38,480 nucleotides of DNA from an uncultured bacterium. Its GTDB lineage: Bacteria > CSSED10-310 > CAZUFC01. Shown here piece by piece: positions 36,866 to 38,480 of this stretch. The notes below the pieces were generated by a model. The model made no database searches, had not been told where the DNA came from, and saw only the letters and a list, made by a program, of their open reading frames with translations. The position numbers were made by a program, and so were the translations under genes. Where the stretch lies: positions 1 to 38,480 of the forward strand of contig CAZUFC010000085.1 in assembly GCA_964619725.1 (NCBI GenBank), given 5' to 3'. Positions within the stretch are counted from its first letter, which is position 1, and every line of letters begins with the position of its first letter.

Positions 36866-38302
36866 ATGAAAAAAATAATTCTCACAATATCAATCCTAAT
36901 GCTGATCCTCTTATGTTTCATAACTCTTAGAATCACCATGGATCAAACGCCATCGATCTCCCCGGAGAAACCGAATATCATCATAATCGTTATGGATACC
37001 GCAAGACAAGATCGCCTTTCATGCTATGATTATCACCGAAGAACCTCACCCAACCTGGAACTCCTGTCAGAAAACTCAACACTCTTCACAAAAGCTTATT
37101 CCACTTCAGGCTGGACCCCCCCAGCTCATGCCTCCCTCTTCACAGGCCTCTTCCCCATCGCTCATAAAACCACTCAGGAAAATCCAGCCCTGAGCGCCGA
37201 ATTGAAAACATTGGCTGAGATACTCACAAACCAGGGATACGAAACCATCGGCATTACCGAAAATCCCATGGTTTCCAGGCATTTTCAGTTTCACCGGGGT
37301 TTCTCCGTTTTCATAGAAACTTGGAAACGCTTTTTTATCAAAGAACCCGTTCATATCAACCCGGCATATAAATTCTTCAACAATTACATAGAACACCGAA
37401 AAAAATCAGAAAATAAAAAGCCTTTCTTTGTCTTCATCAACTTTATCGAACCTCATAATCCCTATGACTCCTCTCATCAGTTCATGCACTCATTCACAAA
37501 AGATGACTCCATTAAATGCAACAATAACAGATGGCAAAAACACTTCCTCGGCCTGGAACGTTTCTCACCAAAAGAAATAAATCACCTTAACGCACTCTAC
37601 GATGCCGAAATCCTCTATGTCGACCACTGGATAGGAAAAATCGCCGAACTGCTGAAAAAAGTCGAACTCTGGAACGATACGCTCTTTATCGTTACCTCAG
37701 ACCACGGCGAAAATATCGGGCATCACGACATGATGGACCATGTTTTCTCCATCTACGAATCCACTGTAAAAATCCCTCTGATTATACACTTTCCCCCGCT
37801 TTTCCCGGAAAATAAAAAGATCAATGATCCCGTTCAATTGACCGACATCTTTCCCACCATCATCGATATCCTTAACCTGGATTCTTCAGCTTTTCCCAGC
37901 CAGGGTCGAAGCCTCCTTCACGAAACCTCGCCCGATCGATCCGTTTTCGTCGAATACTACTATCCTGAACAGGTGCTCTCGACCTTTGACGATCAGGAAC
38001 GACTTAATCCAAATTTAGAAAAATTCAAAAGAATACAACGCGCTGTTATCCGTTCTGACTGGAAATTGCTTTTCCGGAGCGACGGCGATCATGAATTGTA
38101 CCATCTTAAAAACGACCCTGATGAATCTGAAAATCTCATTAACCATAGCCGTTTCTCCAATCAAAAAAAACAGCTCATCAGAAATCTTGAAAAGCTGAAA
38201 GCGCTCTACGAAAAAAATGCCGTTGCAGAACCGGGCGTCGCCGATTCCGAACTGGACTCAGCAACAAAAGAACGCCTGAAAATTCTCGGCTATTCCCGAT
38301 AG
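36866..38302 (+). CDS. Membrane-anchored sulfatase-family hydrolase (Thr-nucleophile type)
   Basis: N-terminal hydrophobic anchor; PNIIIIVMDTARQD, WTPPAHASLFTG, EPHNPY, TSDHGE, ELYHLKNDPDE, RLKILGY. Confidence 0.92.
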   Translation: MKKIILTISILMLILLCFITLRITMDQTPSISPEKPNIIIIVMDTARQDRLSCYDYHRRTSPNLELLSENSTLFTKAYSTSGWTPPAHASLFTGLFPIAHKTTQENPALSAELKTLAEILTNQGYETIGITENPMVSRHFQFHRGFSVFIETWKRFFIKEPVHINPAYKFFNNYIEHRKKSENKKPFFVFINFIEPHNPYDSSHQFMHSFTKDDSIKCNNNRWQKHFLGLERFSPKEINHLNALYDAEILYVDHWIGKIAELLKKVELWNDTLFIVTSDHGENIGHHDMMDHVFSIYESTVKIPLIIHFPPLFPENKKINDPVQLTDIFPTIIDILNLDSSAFPSQGRSLLHETSPDRSVFVEYYYPEQVLSTFDDQERLNPNLEKFKRIQRAVIRSDWKLLFRSDGDHELYHLKNDPDESENLINHSRFSNQKKQLIRNLEKLKALYEKNAVAEPGVADSELDSATKERLKILGYSR

Positions 38303-38368
38303 CCGCTGACTGCAAAACACCCGCAAATCGTTTAATAAAAAAAACGGCGAAAGTTTTAAAATTTATTA

Positions 38369-38480
38369 GCGCCTGTCCGCTGACTCGAATTTCAATTCAA
38401 AATTTAATCCTGGACAGACACTAATTAGTTTTTGTCCATAAACGTCGAATTTTCCCCAATACTGAGTCAGTCTTCGGATT
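38369..38480. mobile_element. Third locus of the repeat family: inverted small module (38369-38421) plus start of the large module (38428 to window end)
   Basis: 38369-38421 matches the reverse complement of 15318-15370; 38428-38480 matches 15171 onward; the two are joined by TAATTA. Truncated by the window edge. Confidence 0.85.

Noticed and set aside
15171-38480. The dispersed 200-bp repeats as a CRISPR array or DGR template/variable repeats
   Set aside because: No repeat-spacer periodicity, no cas or reverse transcriptase gene, and the differences are not adenine-specific.

Overview
Bacterial chromosomal window from a diderm organism (TolC, lipoproteins, many signal peptides) with about 26 credible CDS. 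I found no rRNA, tRNA, CRISPR array or transposase. Housekeeping genes: a nicotinate phosphoribosyltransferase, rplS-rnhB-yraN, an isolated murC, and HIT and Lrp/AsnC-domain proteins. Accessory content: a TolC + two PhnD-like binding proteins + two histidine kinases operon with no transporter; a GT2 / B12 radical SAM / methyltransferase / TPR-phosphatase-fold cluster; and several large secreted proteins built from shared modules (M6 metalloprotease, S8 subtilase, helical-toroid-like protein, beta-propeller lipoprotein, BPI/LBP-like protein). Most notable: (1) a ~115-aa C-terminal domain shared by two otherwise unrelated secreted proteins, a candidate sorting/anchoring signal; (2) a ~260-aa module shared by the M6 and S8 proteases; (3) a bacterial BPI/LBP (TULIP)-like protein upstream of murC; (4) a modular 200-bp palindromic MITE-like repeat at three loci, one copy supplying the murC stop codon. 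All calls are by eye; no database searches were run.
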